Assembly (NCBI GenBank): GCA_003971905.1
Contig: RSEE01000053.1
Location: 62,001 to 126,000, forward strand
DNA length: 64,000 bases
From: Moniliella sp. 'wahieum'
Taxonomy: Eukaryota
Direction of reading: 5' to 3'
Position 1 is the first letter of the stretch; each line of letters begins with the position of its first letter. The translations under genes were made by a program, and so were the position numbers. This document shows positions 63,372-64,000 of the stretch, in pieces. The notes under the pieces are model-generated. The model was given only the letters and a program-made list of their open reading frames with translations. It was not told the DNA's origin and ran no database searches.

Positions 63372-64000
63372 ATGGGTTCGTACTTTTCCAAGCCCGAGTC
63401 GAGCGAAGTGGCGGTGGCGGAAGAGGACGAAGTACTCCACTCCCCGGCGTGGGGGGACCCGTCCCCTGAGGATCCCTATGTCTTACCGACACCAACTTCC
63501 CCGACTTTCCTTGGTGGCTGGGCTTGGCATTGCCGCTACGGCTGGCCTGTTCACAGGGCTCAGCCGTTCTGGACGTCTGGCCTCGCGGATTTTTCTGGCG
63601 GAAAATACCCATCGGGCACCGACGACGTATCACGGCTGGTACTTCTACAACAAGACCAAGAACTACCATGTTATCAAGATGGCGGTCAGTGGGGGCATCA
63701 AGCGCAGTTTCATCTACACCTCTGTCGTCGCTACGTTCCTCCTGACCGATGTGGCGGCAGGCACGATCCGGACCTGGGCCCAAGCCCGTTTCGCGCATGC
63801 CTCTTCGCCAACACAATCTAACGGGCCGCTTGCCAGCTACGGCAACACAGGACATAACATCGCTCGGCGTCGCTATCCATGCACGCGGAGCGAGCCGACT
63901 CGGACCCCCCAGCGCCACCTCAATGGCGGGACGGCAGGGATGTGGATGCGCACATGGACGTTGATATCATTCGCCCTAGCTACGACACCGACCAAGATAT
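63372..64000 (+). CDS. Conserved fungal uncharacterised membrane protein (possibly Tim17-like fold); 3' end uncertain or beyond the window
   Basis: After a frameshift the ORF reads GLFTGLSRSGRLASRIFLAENTHRAPTTYHGWYFYNKTKNY, a motif I recognise from conserved fungal hypothetical proteins. Confidence 0.55.

Overview
Gene-dense, GC-rich, intron-poor fungal chromosomal DNA. Short GT-AG introns with CTRAC branch points and the protein sequences point to a basidiomycete, probably Ustilaginomycotina (inference). About 24 protein genes are recognisable: CaMK1, malate dehydrogenase, thiolase ERG10, HOS2-type HDAC, RPS18, a Zds_C protein, an ataxin-10-like protein, SIW14, a degenerate eIF3g, mitoribosomal mL57, SKT5/CHS4, TUP1, EB1/BIM1, a mitochondrial-carrier-like protein, enolase, fluoride exporter FEX, FKS1, MCM3, CAB2, VMA4, a nucleoside hydrolase, glutathione peroxidase and a partial conserved membrane protein. 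Almost every gene, including essential ones, is split by 1-nt frameshifts. This is best explained by unpolished long-read assembly errors, so gene boundaries are reconstructions. The most interesting candidate system is a divergent, weakly codon-biased enolase (enolase is the classic fluoride target) lying tail-to-tail with the FEX fluoride exporter. Also notable: a recurring intergenic vocabulary of quasi-palindromic 7-mer repeats, a small inverted-repeat-bounded element, and a heavily decayed eIF3g copy. No tRNA, rRNA, CRISPR array or intact transposon was recognised.
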